Part shown: piece after piece, positions 26,301-34,955 of the stretch
How the letters are laid out: each line of letters opens with the position of its first letter
Numbering within the stretch: position 1 is the stretch's first letter
NCBI RefSeq assembly: GCF_006345805.1
Contig: NC_042999.1
Coordinates: forward strand, 57,474,001-57,538,000
Direction of reading: 5' to 3'
From: Octopus sinensis
Lineage: Eukaryota
DNA length: 64,000 nucleotides
Translations under genes and position numbers: made by a program
The notes under the pieces: model-generated
What the model was told of the DNA's origin: nothing
Databases searched by the model: none
The model's input: only the letters and a program-made list of their open reading frames with translations

Positions 26301-26486
26301 CTCTGCGATAACATTCTCTCCTGATCCTTTCCTTCATCTCTGAATGCCTTATTCCGTCTCCTACAATTACCCCTAGATACTTGTAGTTGTCCACTGGGTT
26401 TAATTCTTTTATGACATTCTGTTGGTCAAGGTTAATGTTAGATGTTTCTGTCATTTTTTCCTTTGATAAAGGTAGCTTTTGCACAC

Positions 26487-26544
<58 letters not shown>

Positions 26545-29500
26545 TGCTGCCTTGAATTGAACTCTTGGAGTTAGTAGCCCATGCTCTTAACCACTATGCC
26601 ATGGTGGTTAAGAGCGTGGGCTACTAACCCCAAGATTCCGAGTTCAATTCCTGACAGTAACCTGAATAGTAATAATAATAATAACAATAAAACAACATCG
26701 AAAAATACCTTAGGAAGGAGAACCCAGATTCGAAATTTCTCCAAGACACCTGATGAAGGCTGGAGAGTATATCAACTGAAATGTTGTGTTAACAACAAAC
26801 AAAATGAGGACAAATATCTGTCAAATATAAATAATGTAAATAATGTTTTTTCTCTCTCTCTCACACACACACATGGACTTGCTTGATGTGGAGTAGGGTT
26901 CGAAAGATTTAAATAATATTGTTTTTTTTTTGTACTTTTCTATTTTTCTCCATCTAGCACACATATTTTGTCTCTTCTTCCCAACCCTACATTAAACACT
27001 TCTCCCAGTCCTGCAACTCCATGGACCAGGACTGCATCAATTTGGAATCCACTTCCTTATACATACTTTTCTTGCAAGCACTGACCTATAAATGTTCAAA
27101 CTGAACATCAACTGCATCCGTTTCACAAGTCTGAGACTGGTTACAAATGTTATGGGCACCATATTACCTTTTCTGATGAACTTCTACAAATATGCACGGA
27201 TTTTTGTCAGTGAACAGGTCGCGATCTTAAAGCGACGAAAATATTTTGACAAATTAAACCTAAATGTTGAAGTGAATCGAACGGCTTTTGTGTGTTTCTT
27301 AAATGGCTTACAAACACCTTCCACGCTGCAAATGTTTTCGTTTCAGCACACGATCTCAGATCAAATCACTTGCTATAATTCTACAAATATCTAAAAATAT
27401 AGGCTGAAGTATTATCTGCCTCTGGACTGAAAATCTGGTCTTTATGAAGCAATTTTGGCAAACTTGGATATATGAAGTCACCATGAGAGATCTTCATTGA
27501 TCTCTCATGGTTAGGTGTCATTCAAGTGCTGAAAGGGCAAAGTACAAATTTGTTCACTTGGTATCCGTAAAAACCATGTCTTTGTGCTTTTAAGAATCAT
27601 TCCTTTTGGTTGATGGAAGATGGTTAGAAGGATTCTGAAAAGTTAGCAGAAATCCTCTTTGCAAAGACATATAGGTTCTGTTGTAATACTGGAGGTGGGA
27701 AAGCTTGTAGTTTGTACAGTATTGTTTCATTTCCTTTTTGAAGATTGCTCCCAAAATTTCTGCTTATAAAGTCAGAGCAGTTCTGGCACAAAGCATTTAG
27801 GTTGCATGGAGATAATGCTTATGCGAAAAAGATAAGAAATGATAGTATCATCAGCACAGCAGAGTATTTTGTTTAGAATTGATTGCAACTAAATCATAAA
27901 TGCACAGAATTAAGAATGGTGAATCACTGGTCTACACCAGAGTTTGACTCAGGGAAATCCCTCCTGGCACACAAGACAATAATGCAATTTGTCAGAAAGC
28001 CTCCAATTCTAGAGATATGTGACAAGTGTAGTGCATAGGTGAGCAACTGTGCTTGAAGATCTCATGCCATATAAGTCCAGAAGCTTTAATTACAGCTGTA
28101 ATAGCACTGCTTTCACTAAAGTTCTCAAGGGTGAGAATAAAAAGGTATAAAGCCAAAAGCTCATTGTATAACTCTGGTTCTACTATATTCCAGCGGTCTC
28201 TGAAAAATGGGGAGAGAGAGAGAGAGAGAGGGAGAGAGAAAGAGAGAATTTCTTTATTCACCATAAGGTTGAGAAAAAGAGGGGACAATACAGGGACAGA
28301 CAAAACAAACGTTGGGGGTCAGGGTATCGAATGAGACGAAACGTATGAATAAACAAACAATTAAAATATATACAATTAAATGAGAATGAGTGATTAACAA
28401 AAAATGAAGCGGAGGACGCGGTTGACCCCACAAACCACATACTCACACTGAAGACTTTGCTTTCTCCTTTTTTACATTCTCGATTAAACAGGTTCTTTCA
28501 CTAGCAACATACTTGCTATAGATTTCCATCTTTTACGAAACACACTTTGCGACAGGCATTTCTTCTCCAGCCTTATTTTCTGTTTCATGTGGAAAACGAA
28601 AAAGTCGATTAGATCGAGACTGGAGATGAACATGCCTGTTGCAATTCCTTTCACTCTCGTCTTCCATACTACTTCTTTCACCACAGCAAATACCGAGAGA
28701 AAACAGGGAGGTCGGTGGAACTATCTTAATTACAGATTCGCTCGACAGTTGTACTCTTCTTGAATGCGACAGCAGGTGTTCGACATAAGCCCAGAATTCA
28801 GCCACCTTGGGGCATTGCGCAATCGCATGCAGGACAGTTTCACTGTCCCTCTCACATCTTGCACAAACCGGCGAAGGTGCACACTCATGTCTAAAGAGCT
28901 TATCTCAAACCGGTAAAGCTCCTCTGTAATATTGCCAGGCTAGGGACTTTTGGAAATTATCCATAGGCCCCGGACCGAATGTTCTTTGGAACAGGCTGGC
29001 CAGTTGATTTTCGTCGAAGCCCAGAGTTTCTCCCAGGACGTCGTCACACTTAAACTCTACTAACCCTCTATAGAAGAATGAGGTAGTACCCCCGCCACCG
29101 GCGTTGCCCAACTGGGAGAGAAGCACGAGTGCCTGATGGCACTCTGAGAGAGAAGCAAATGAAAGGATTGATTATAACAATTGTTTCCATGACTTTTAAG
29201 ATGTCAGTTTATGTGCAGTTGGCAGAGGCTGCTGAGCAGGGAGAAGAGGCAGGAGTATAGAGACACATTGTAGCCCCTTTACAAAAGTTAGGATAGGTCC
29301 CTGTCAGATAAATTGAAGAGTTTACCAAGGATAAAACAATGTTCTTGGGCACTTTTGAAGGTAATGAAAAAGACATCATTTACAGGGTTAAAGTAATCAG
29401 AGAGTGTTTCATATGTAGAAATTGCAAATGTGACAAGATTGATACAATGGAGTAGTTTTATAGAGCTGATACAGTGCTGAGTTGGTGAAGTACAAGGTTA

Positions 29501-30904
29501 ACATGGAGGCTTTTGCAGCAGGTGTGCTATTAAGAGAGCCCTCTTGGTTGAGGAATGGTGGCTAAAAGGCTTCTGAAAAGTTAGTAGAAACTCTCTTTGC
29601 AAAGACTTGTAGGCTCCACTGCAGTGGAAACTTGTTTATACTATGCACAAAGAAACATTTTGATTTTCCAAAAGTAGTTTTGCAGATATTGCACTGGTGG
29701 GTAAAAGCCACCAAGTAAGTTGTTTGTAGGTGTCATCCATTTCAGGCCCTTTCAGACAGATGAGGCTGATGTGGCTAATACTCAGCTTGCAGGTTATGAT
29801 CCATAGATTCCTGGGAATGGTTCATAGGTTCAGTGTGGCTTGGTACTCTTGCCCTTATCTTGCCATACAGTGTTGTAGATTATTTGTATGAGTATCTCCA
29901 GAAGAAAGCTATAAAGCTATAAACCTTACATTTTTAAGTTACATTTTTATTAGTACAATTGCATCAACGAAAACTGAGTCTTTATGTTATATTTTTGGTC
30001 ATACATCTGTTTAATTCCCATTCAACCTTCCTTAAACAACAGTTAGTTTTTATGGGATAAAATTAGAGCAATTATTTTTGTTCTGTACATCAGAAAATAA
30101 ACTAGGTGAAACTTAATCTGTCTGCTGGTTTAATACTTCACTTGTCCCTTACAGACTTTCAGTAAAGTCAACTCTGTTGCAATAATTCAGATCAGATCTC
30201 AATTTCTTCCACACTTTCTCTTCAACCAGTCTTGGAGGCCCCGAAAAAGATTAAGGATACTACCCTTCTTCCTCTAAGTCACCAGAAAAAAAGGCATTTT
30301 TTTTTTATGAGGTGACAATTATTTTAACCAATATTGTATATTTATAAGCATTTAACATGGATTTTTCAATTCTCTAATGATTTTAAAAAACAGTAAAAGG
30401 GGGAAAAAGGTACTCACCAGAACTCATTAGATATTCTCTGAAGAATGGAAAGCGAAATTGTCCTGTTAATATACACAAATATTGATGCATTTTTGGGAAC
30501 ATTTGGTTGAAGCCTGTTGCATTTGTTGCAAAGTTTGCAAAGGCACCAGCACTCATAATTCCATGAGGATGGTAACCAACTATATAGTTCTTTGATGGAT
30601 CTAGCTCTGCTGTCTTGATGAGCTTTATAGGAAAGTAATCAGCAAAGTATTTCCAAACAGGATTGTTAAATTGCCACAGAAGACGACGGCCTCCTTGCTC
30701 ACATGTGTTGAAGTCATAGATGTACCACATTAAATAAGCCAGAGGTATGAAATAGTATTCAGTAAATAAGAGGTAGATGAAGACAGCAAGACTTCCAAAG
30801 CCCATACATAAGAAACATAGTGCCCACTGAAAGACACAAGCTGTCTGTATACGCCTTTCAAGAGGTATGAAAACTGGAGCAAATTCAAATCCTAATATCT
30901 TCAT
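7554..30904 (-). CDS. MOGAT2: MOGAT2-like (DGAT2/MOGAT family) acyltransferase, 4 coding exons: join 30904-30418, 21475-21301, 16893-16694, 7708-7554 = 1017 nt, 338 aa + stop
   Basis: Manual translation gives an open spliced frame: MKILGFEFAPVFIPLERRIQT...YFP...VGYHPHGIM...EYLMSSG|CCAVSK...VVGGAVEA...RKGFIKLALQHG|TPLIPVYSFGENDLF...FHGRGIFNY...RKPINTV|VGKPIEV...LIFE*. It has the HPHG, YFP, GGxxE and RKGF motifs of the DGAT2 family. The N-terminus resembles vertebrate MOGAT2 (EFAPLFMPWERRLQT). Exact orthology within the MOGAT1/2/3/DGAT2 family is not resolved. Confidence 0.93.
7712..8056. repeat. Purine-rich low-complexity tract (pyrimidine tract on the gene's sense strand) with a 40-bp internal duplication
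   Basis: A/G-rich. gagaagagagtggataagaatagatgagagaaaggagaaa occurs twice (7831 and 7871). Confidence 0.85.
8696..9000 (-). mobile_element. RTE 3'-tail element (SINE-like or 5'-truncated RTE)
   Basis: Same 3' end as the RTE at 213: ...gtccaacccatgc...ggatgttaaacaatgatgatg. Confidence 0.8.
10470..11086 (+). mobile_element. Decayed 5'-truncated RTE 3' fragment
   Basis: aaaggcagattgtataatgcctgtgtgc (KGRLY..CV) through the RTE tail ggacgttaaatgatgatgat. Confidence 0.75.
11403..11695 (-). mobile_element. RTE 3'-tail element
   Basis: Near-identical to 213-500. Confidence 0.85.
12238..13577 (+). mobile_element. tRNA-headed SINE family A, split (12238-12400 and 13353-13577) by an RTE insertion in its central microsatellite
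   Basis: The two halves match the 5' and 3' halves of the intact copy at 14479-14870. Confidence 0.8.
12461..13352 (+). mobile_element. 5'-truncated RTE LINE (C-terminal ORF 12557-13015 + 3'UTR with cccaaagtaccc repeats + (GAT)n tail)
   Basis: YDACVRT.MLHG.ETW...RLRWYGHVLRM...RGRGRPRKTW; related to but distinct from the copy at 213-4135. Confidence 0.9.
13736..14030 (+). mobile_element. tRNA-headed SINE family C (other copies 17081-17385 +, 57532-57832 -, 62616-62925 +)
   Basis: Head ggcccagtggttagg(g)cag(c/t)ggactcg...ggtttcgattccc (A/B-box like); shared body ending aggcttgaaaagggc. Confidence 0.8.
14479..14870 (+). mobile_element. tRNA-headed SINE family A, intact (other copies 18264-18655 +, 21907-22292 -, 38297-38655 +, 59930-60330 +, 63409-63785 +; fragments 18078, 34485, 61035)
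   Basis: gagtggctgtgtggtaag...ggttcagtccc head, central (TA/TG)n, 3' half ...tagaataagtac...gactgaaacaagtaaaag. Confidence 0.85.
14955..15355 (+). mobile_element. Non-autonomous Helitron (401 bp), solo copy
   Basis: A|TCtatacatataaagctgaagttgtgtg ... cccgagcaacgccgggc tatacagCTAG|T: 5'-TC, 3' hairpin + CTAG, AT target, no TSD. Confidence 0.85.
16060..16297 (+). mobile_element. SINE family B (CORE-like middle, Tx1-like tail); other copies 31213-31343 and 54296-54518
   Basis: 20-bp TSD agattacct(t/a)...agatgta at 16040-16059 and 16298-16317. The other copies have 18-bp (agattgtctcattccact) and 17-bp (taagatgatctgactaa) TSDs. Confidence 0.85.
16539..16687. repeat. Compound microsatellite (GAA)n(GGT)n(GAT)n just inside MOGAT2-like intron 3
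   Basis: Direct reading. Confidence 0.95.
16694..16893 (-). CDS. MOGAT2: MOGAT2-like coding exon 3 (200 nt)
   Basis: tctcttttaaacAG|A ACC CCT ... ACT GTT G|GTAAGG; encodes TPLIPVYSFGENDLFLQ...[23 protein letters not shown]. Confidence 0.93.
17494..18063 (-). mobile_element. Internally deleted mariner (570 bp)
   Basis: TIR tattgggttgtccggaaagtacgtgcc / ggcacgaactttttggacaacccaata. The N-terminal MEDKKVHF segment is fused directly to the C-terminal HPPYSPD..PLD region. Confidence 0.8.
19179..20050 (-). mobile_element. CRE-clade (RLE-bearing) non-LTR retrotransposon 3' fragment, frameshifted
   Basis: LLSASARYSGD*...ELRVSIALRVGADVC...LGLHGLS...H.ELN.ILKRSLA...PW.RGRCLVWDVT...AAEQNKILKY....FHPVAFE.FGG.G; this motif order is typical of CRE ORF C-termini. 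Confidence 0.75.
20733..20906. mobile_element. hAT-type MITE (174 bp)
   Basis: TIR cagtgctccgcaacct / aggttacggggcactg (14/16 match); perfect 8-bp TSD ctatatac at 20725-20732 and 20907-20914. Confidence 0.9.
21301..21475 (-). CDS. MOGAT2: MOGAT2-like coding exon 2 (175 nt; absent from the ORF track)
   Basis: tttctgttaatctcAG|GT TGT TGT GCA ... CAG CAT GG|GTGAGT; encodes GCCAVSKNSLNWLLNQKEKGKFITIVVGGAVEAIEANPGKFKLKIKKRKGFIKLALQHG. Confidence 0.93.
22295..23168 (+). mobile_element. CR1-group LINE internal fragment (linker + RT N-terminus)
   Basis: SKVFWKYV.SK...SPGLDGI...WK.TSVIPLFKKGDRTSPVNYRPVSLTSCIAKLMES. Confidence 0.85.
23435..24655 (-). mobile_element. Probable solo LTR (~1.2 kb), Gypsy-like
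   Basis: Perfect inverted termini TGTTACGG...CCGTAACA, no coding capacity, imperfect 4-bp flanks atgt/atat. Strand inferred from composition. Confidence 0.6.
24690..26597 (-). mobile_element. SINE family E (tRNA head + (AAT)n + Penelope-type tail), minus copy, split by the Dong/R4 insertion
   Basis: Head at 26540-26597 and tail at 24690-24825 are the reverse complement of the plus copy at 26598-26845. Confidence 0.7.
24847..26486 (-). mobile_element. R4/Dong-clade non-LTR retrotransposon, 5'-truncated, 484-codon open ORF (RT thumb, CCHC knuckle, RLE)
   Basis: ORF 25030-26484: YKYLG, RLYLPRKEGGRGL, AAQDQCL.TRNY, CRVC...ETIDHVVSKC, RHD, NRPDII..D...LLID, K.SKY, PVVIGALG; flanked on both sides by (TAA)n. 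Confidence 0.9.
26598..26845 (+). mobile_element. SINE family E, plus copy
   Basis: gtggttaagagcgtgggctactaaccccaag..gagttcaattcc (tRNA-like), (AAT)n, ...acacctgatgaaggctgg...gaaatgttgtgtt...gtaaataatgtaaataat. Confidence 0.75.
27195..27385 (+). repeat. Single-copy form of the repeat that is amplified at 38726-39470
   Basis: gcacggatttttgtcagtgaacagg...ccttccacgctgcaa...cacgatctcagatcaaatcacttgctat matches 39284-39465. Confidence 0.85.
28247..29145 (-). mobile_element. Tx1/L1-clade LINE 3' fragment inserted in a (TC)n/(GA)n microsatellite
   Basis: QKSLAWQYYRGALPV*DKL..H...SPVCARC...ETVLHAIAQCP (zf-RVT/CCHC); 3' tail ...aataaagaaat followed by (TC)n; residual gagagaga at the 5' junction. Confidence 0.8.
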
Positions 30905-30911
30905 TGTTGGC
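30418..30911 (-). CDS. MOGAT2: MOGAT2-like coding exon 1 (ATG at 30904; 7 nt of 5'UTR after the acceptor)
   Basis: Acceptor ttgtttttAG at 30913-30912, then gccaacaATG. Donor TCTG|GTGAGTA at 30418/30417. 487 coding nt, ends in phase 1. Contains HPHG. Confidence 0.93.
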
Positions 30912-31654
30912 CTAAAAACAATAAAATATCAAATATGTATCTCAACACAAAATTTATATTCACATGTATTCCAGGTGGCTAGAAAAAAATTCAAGACATC
31001 AGGAGGGAAAATTGTGTATAGTATAATGATAATAGTGTATTCGTTCTCTTGGAGAATAGAAAAACAAAAGAGACAGGGAAAAGTTACTACAAAGATTTGT
31101 TGAATGAGGAGAATGCATGGGAGAACAAGGGCCTACTTCAAGTAGAACCAACAAAGGGACCAACCACTGAGGTTGGCAACCACTCCTCAGACTTAGATTG
31201 TCTCATTCCACTGCCTTTCATCCTTTCGGGGTCGATAAATTAAGTACCAGTTACGCACTGGAGTCGATGTTATCGACTTAATCCTTTTGTCTGTCCTTGT
31301 TTGTCCCCTCTATGTTTAGCCCTTTGTGGGTAATAAAGATATAAGATTGTCTCATTCCACTATCATTGACGTACTTATTTACCCTCCTCTAATCCATGTA
31401 GTGTAAAACACCTTTCCAGGTCAATTCACTGAACATTATGACCAGTCATTCCTTTCCCAGAACCTCAGTCCTTGGGAATTGCCTTCCCTGCACGTGAAAT
31501 CCTTTCCTCACAACAACAGCATCAATCTTGATTTAAGAAGGCCTGCAAATGCCATGTGTACTACTCTTACCTCCAAACCTAACCACTAAAATCCATTTCA
31601 AAAAGTCAGCATACACATTCATCAAATGAAAGACCATACTATACACTTTGGTGT

Positions 31655-31924
31655 AGGGTCATTTATTGAACGGTGCACAGTTGCAGTTTGGACAGGGTCA
31701 TTTATTGAACGGTGCACAGTCGCAGTTTGGACAGGGTCATTTATTGAACGGTGCACAGTTGCAGTTTGGACAGGGTCATTTATTGAACGGTGCACAGTCG
31801 CAGTTTGGACAGGGTCATTTATTGAACGGTGCACAGTCGCAGTTTGGACAGGGTCATTTATTGAACGGTGCACAGTTGCAGTTTGGACAGGGTCATTTAT
31901 TGAACGGTGCCCAGTTACAGTTTG
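31655..31924. repeat. 39-bp minisatellite, 7 copies
   Basis: agggtcatttattgaacggtgcacagt(t/c)gcagtttggac at 31655, 31694, 31733, 31772, 31811, 31850 and 31889. Confidence 0.95.
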
Positions 31925-34156
31925 AATATCACATTCCCTCCATTTCTCAATGTTACTATATGCCTAAAGGTTTTGGTGGAGGTCGAAATAGAGGCAGACA
32001 AACTTGATGAACTGGAATTGAGAGCGACAGCTGACCTTGTTGTGGGTCAAAAACCGTAACAACATCAAATAAAACCTTGTGCACAAGCCAAAAGAGCATT
32101 TACTCTCGACTTTCGAGAAACGCTGCCAAATCTTCCTCAAATTACATCATGCCGTTAAGAGAAAGACTATGTAGTCGGAGTGATCATGGGTAGAATACTT
32201 TTGGTCATTGGACTGTTTGATTCAGGGTTGACCTTGGGTTAAACAATAACAATAACAGAAGCAATGGGGGGAGCAGCTACACGATTTGCACGTATATTTA
32301 AAATGTATATGACCTTTACAGGATGTAATTATTGCAGTTTCAACAAACGAACTGAAATTCAGTTGCTTTTTCTACTAATTTCCTTTACGTGAAGTATCCG
32401 ATTCAACAACTTAAATCAACTAAATGAATAAAGCACTGAAAATAAATTAAATTCTAATTGAAAACGACGTGTGTTGACTCACTAAACTGAACAGAATGAC
32501 AGTCGGATTAAAAACAAAAACGTTATTTGCAAGAGAGAAAGCTGATCATCAGGCGATATGAGAGTATAGCGTACCGTTCTCACTTTCGCAAACTTTAAGT
32601 TTCCTTTCCGTTCCACAATTTTTAGCTTTCTTTTCAGTTTTGTGAATTAATATCAACAACAATAATATTCTAGTAATACGAATTTTCTACAATATTGAAT
32701 AACAATATGGATCTTAAACAAAAGACGAAAATCCTGTCCACGTTGTTAAACATAAACAAAATTTCCTTCATTTTCGACTAATGCTTGATCATCAGGTTTA
32801 TAAATCGAAATATTTTCATGCTAGGGAATTGCGAATCTATAAAATAATTACAGAACACAGTTGGTGATCCTATACAAACAGAAAGTTAAAGATCAGAGAA
32901 AACACCAGCGAAAGCAAGAGTAAATGAAATGTTGATGGAAAGTTCCTAGAAAAAGTAAGCACTGCTTTTGCGAAAGGGGTACGTTATAGTCCAAGATCGC
33001 CGATTATTACCTAAAGATTATTTACAAGCGATTCAAGTTAACAAATATAATAGATACTAGTACCTAATAAATACATGAAGTGGGTTAGCAAAAGATTTCG
33101 TCTAATCAGAAACAATTAATTTTATAAGACATGGTAGATATTAGAAGACTACCGAATTAGAGACACCTTTTTTGGCGATCCTTCGCATTCCAACCGTCAA
33201 CTCAAAGGAAAATACAAACAGGAACCTGAATAACGGAATTTAATAGGAATACGATCAACTAGAAATAGTAGTCAAATCACAGCATACCGTCATAAAATAA
33301 GGAAGGACACTAACTAACGTCGTGCTGGCTTCTCTACATAGATGAAAAAGACAGGATAGTCACTAGTGGAATGTGTTTTTGATCATAAGCATGCTCGATC
33401 AGGGCTGAGGACAAATCACAAGAATGTTATTAAATTTCCTAAAGAGACACAGTTCTTTGAATATGTATTTTTAATAAGGTTTATTGCGTATAATATGCAA
33501 TTGTATAAAATATATATCTAACAAAGGTGTTGTTTGATCCAATATAGTAGTAATTCCATCAGATTTTTTTATAAGCGACAAAACAAGAAACCCTGCATAT
33601 GACTCTCGAAAACAATCTGCTACAGTCACTACTTTTGATTAATATGTATTTTATACAATTACATTTTGATACTTTTAAAAATATATATCAAATTTACATC
33701 TTCGAAACGTAACTGTTTGTTTCTTTGGAAAATATAATGTTGACTGTGTTTGAATTTTATTTTATTATCCTGTTGTATTTTCTCCGGTTTAGTTACGGAT
33801 GGAAGAGTGGCTCCTTTTTTAGGACCTCCGTGATTGATGAGAGGAAGGGAGGAAGTTATCTTCAAGCAAAGGCTTGGCTTCAATGCTTTAACGAAATCCA
33901 AGAACTAAGTGGTGGTGGTGGTGGTGATAGTAAATCGCATTAAGCCAACCACCTACCTGTAATATGAAGGATTGCCCATTATCCGAGGTGTCCTTCTTTT
34001 CTAACACGATAGGATGTAATTTTTTGAAAAATTGGTTGTTATTTCTAACAGGTCGAGACACAACGTACAGGCTTCTTCTGAAATGTCATTTTTAATTTTA
34101 AAAATAAAAACGAGAGAAAATAAAGTTAACGGAAAAGGTTAACAGTCTTTACTTAC

Positions 34157-34260
34157 CTAAGTATAGTTTTCCTACCCCCCGCGGACACAAAAGCTGAAAT
34201 AACGGATAAATGACGACAAGAGAAGGGGGGAAATGAACGACAAATAAATCAAATCGGATT
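34157..34260 (-). promoter_or_regulatory. Candidate non-coding 5' exon / promoter region of the MOGAT2-like gene
   Basis: Coding exon 1 begins with a splice acceptor, so an upstream UTR exon is probable. A consensus donor TAG|GTAAGTA (minus) lies at 34157/34156 in a TE-poor, relatively CpG-retaining stretch (~32000-34450). The upstream boundary is unknown. Confidence 0.3.
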
Positions 34261-34955
34261 ATTTAACTTACTATTTGACATATATTATACACACATCGGG
34301 CTTCGTTTACAATTTAGACACAAGATAGTACAAAGTATAAACTATCACTAGCTAAATGGCATATATTTCTGTTCTAAATAGCTTTATCACAAAAGTGTTT
34401 ACATTTCACCCCACTTAAGTCAACACATCTATTACTTAGTAAAACTGGTAACGGTGAACTATTAACCACTGTATAGGCGCCGGTTCAGTCCCACTGCATG
34501 TCACCTTGGGCAAGTGTCTTCCACTATAACATCAGGCCAACCAAAGCCTTGTGAGTGGATTTGCTGTAACAAAAACATCTTTAAATGATTATTCCAGAGC
34601 ATATTCACCATCTACTTCAATTACTGCTTCCCATTTGCTTGGCAGACAGTCAAACCATCATTTAAAGATGATTTTGTTAAATATTGCTATTGTTTTTGTT
34701 GAATAAAATTTGTTGAAAAAAAGCCACAATAATTATGCACCAACCCAACAGTTATAGATAAGGAACATATGCACACACACACACACACACAAGCATACAA
34801 ACTCTCTTTTATGGTTATGGATTATATAAGATTATTCTTTAGAATTACTATATAATTAAACATTTTTCAGCAAGAGCTGTGAGTTGGCATTTCCTCAGGT
34901 GGAATGTGATCAAGTGGTGTTGGATTTCTTTGAGTTCCCTAAAATATACCCAGTC

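Noticed and set aside
31626-32007. Repeat-protein ORFs (13-aa period) and a possible CRISPR-like array
   Set aside because: Pure 39-bp tandem repeat with no spacers; open frames on both strands follow from a unit length divisible by 3
33725-33943. 72-aa ORF with a signal-peptide-like N-terminus
   Set aside because: No recognisable family, no splice support, ends in a (GGT)n repeat
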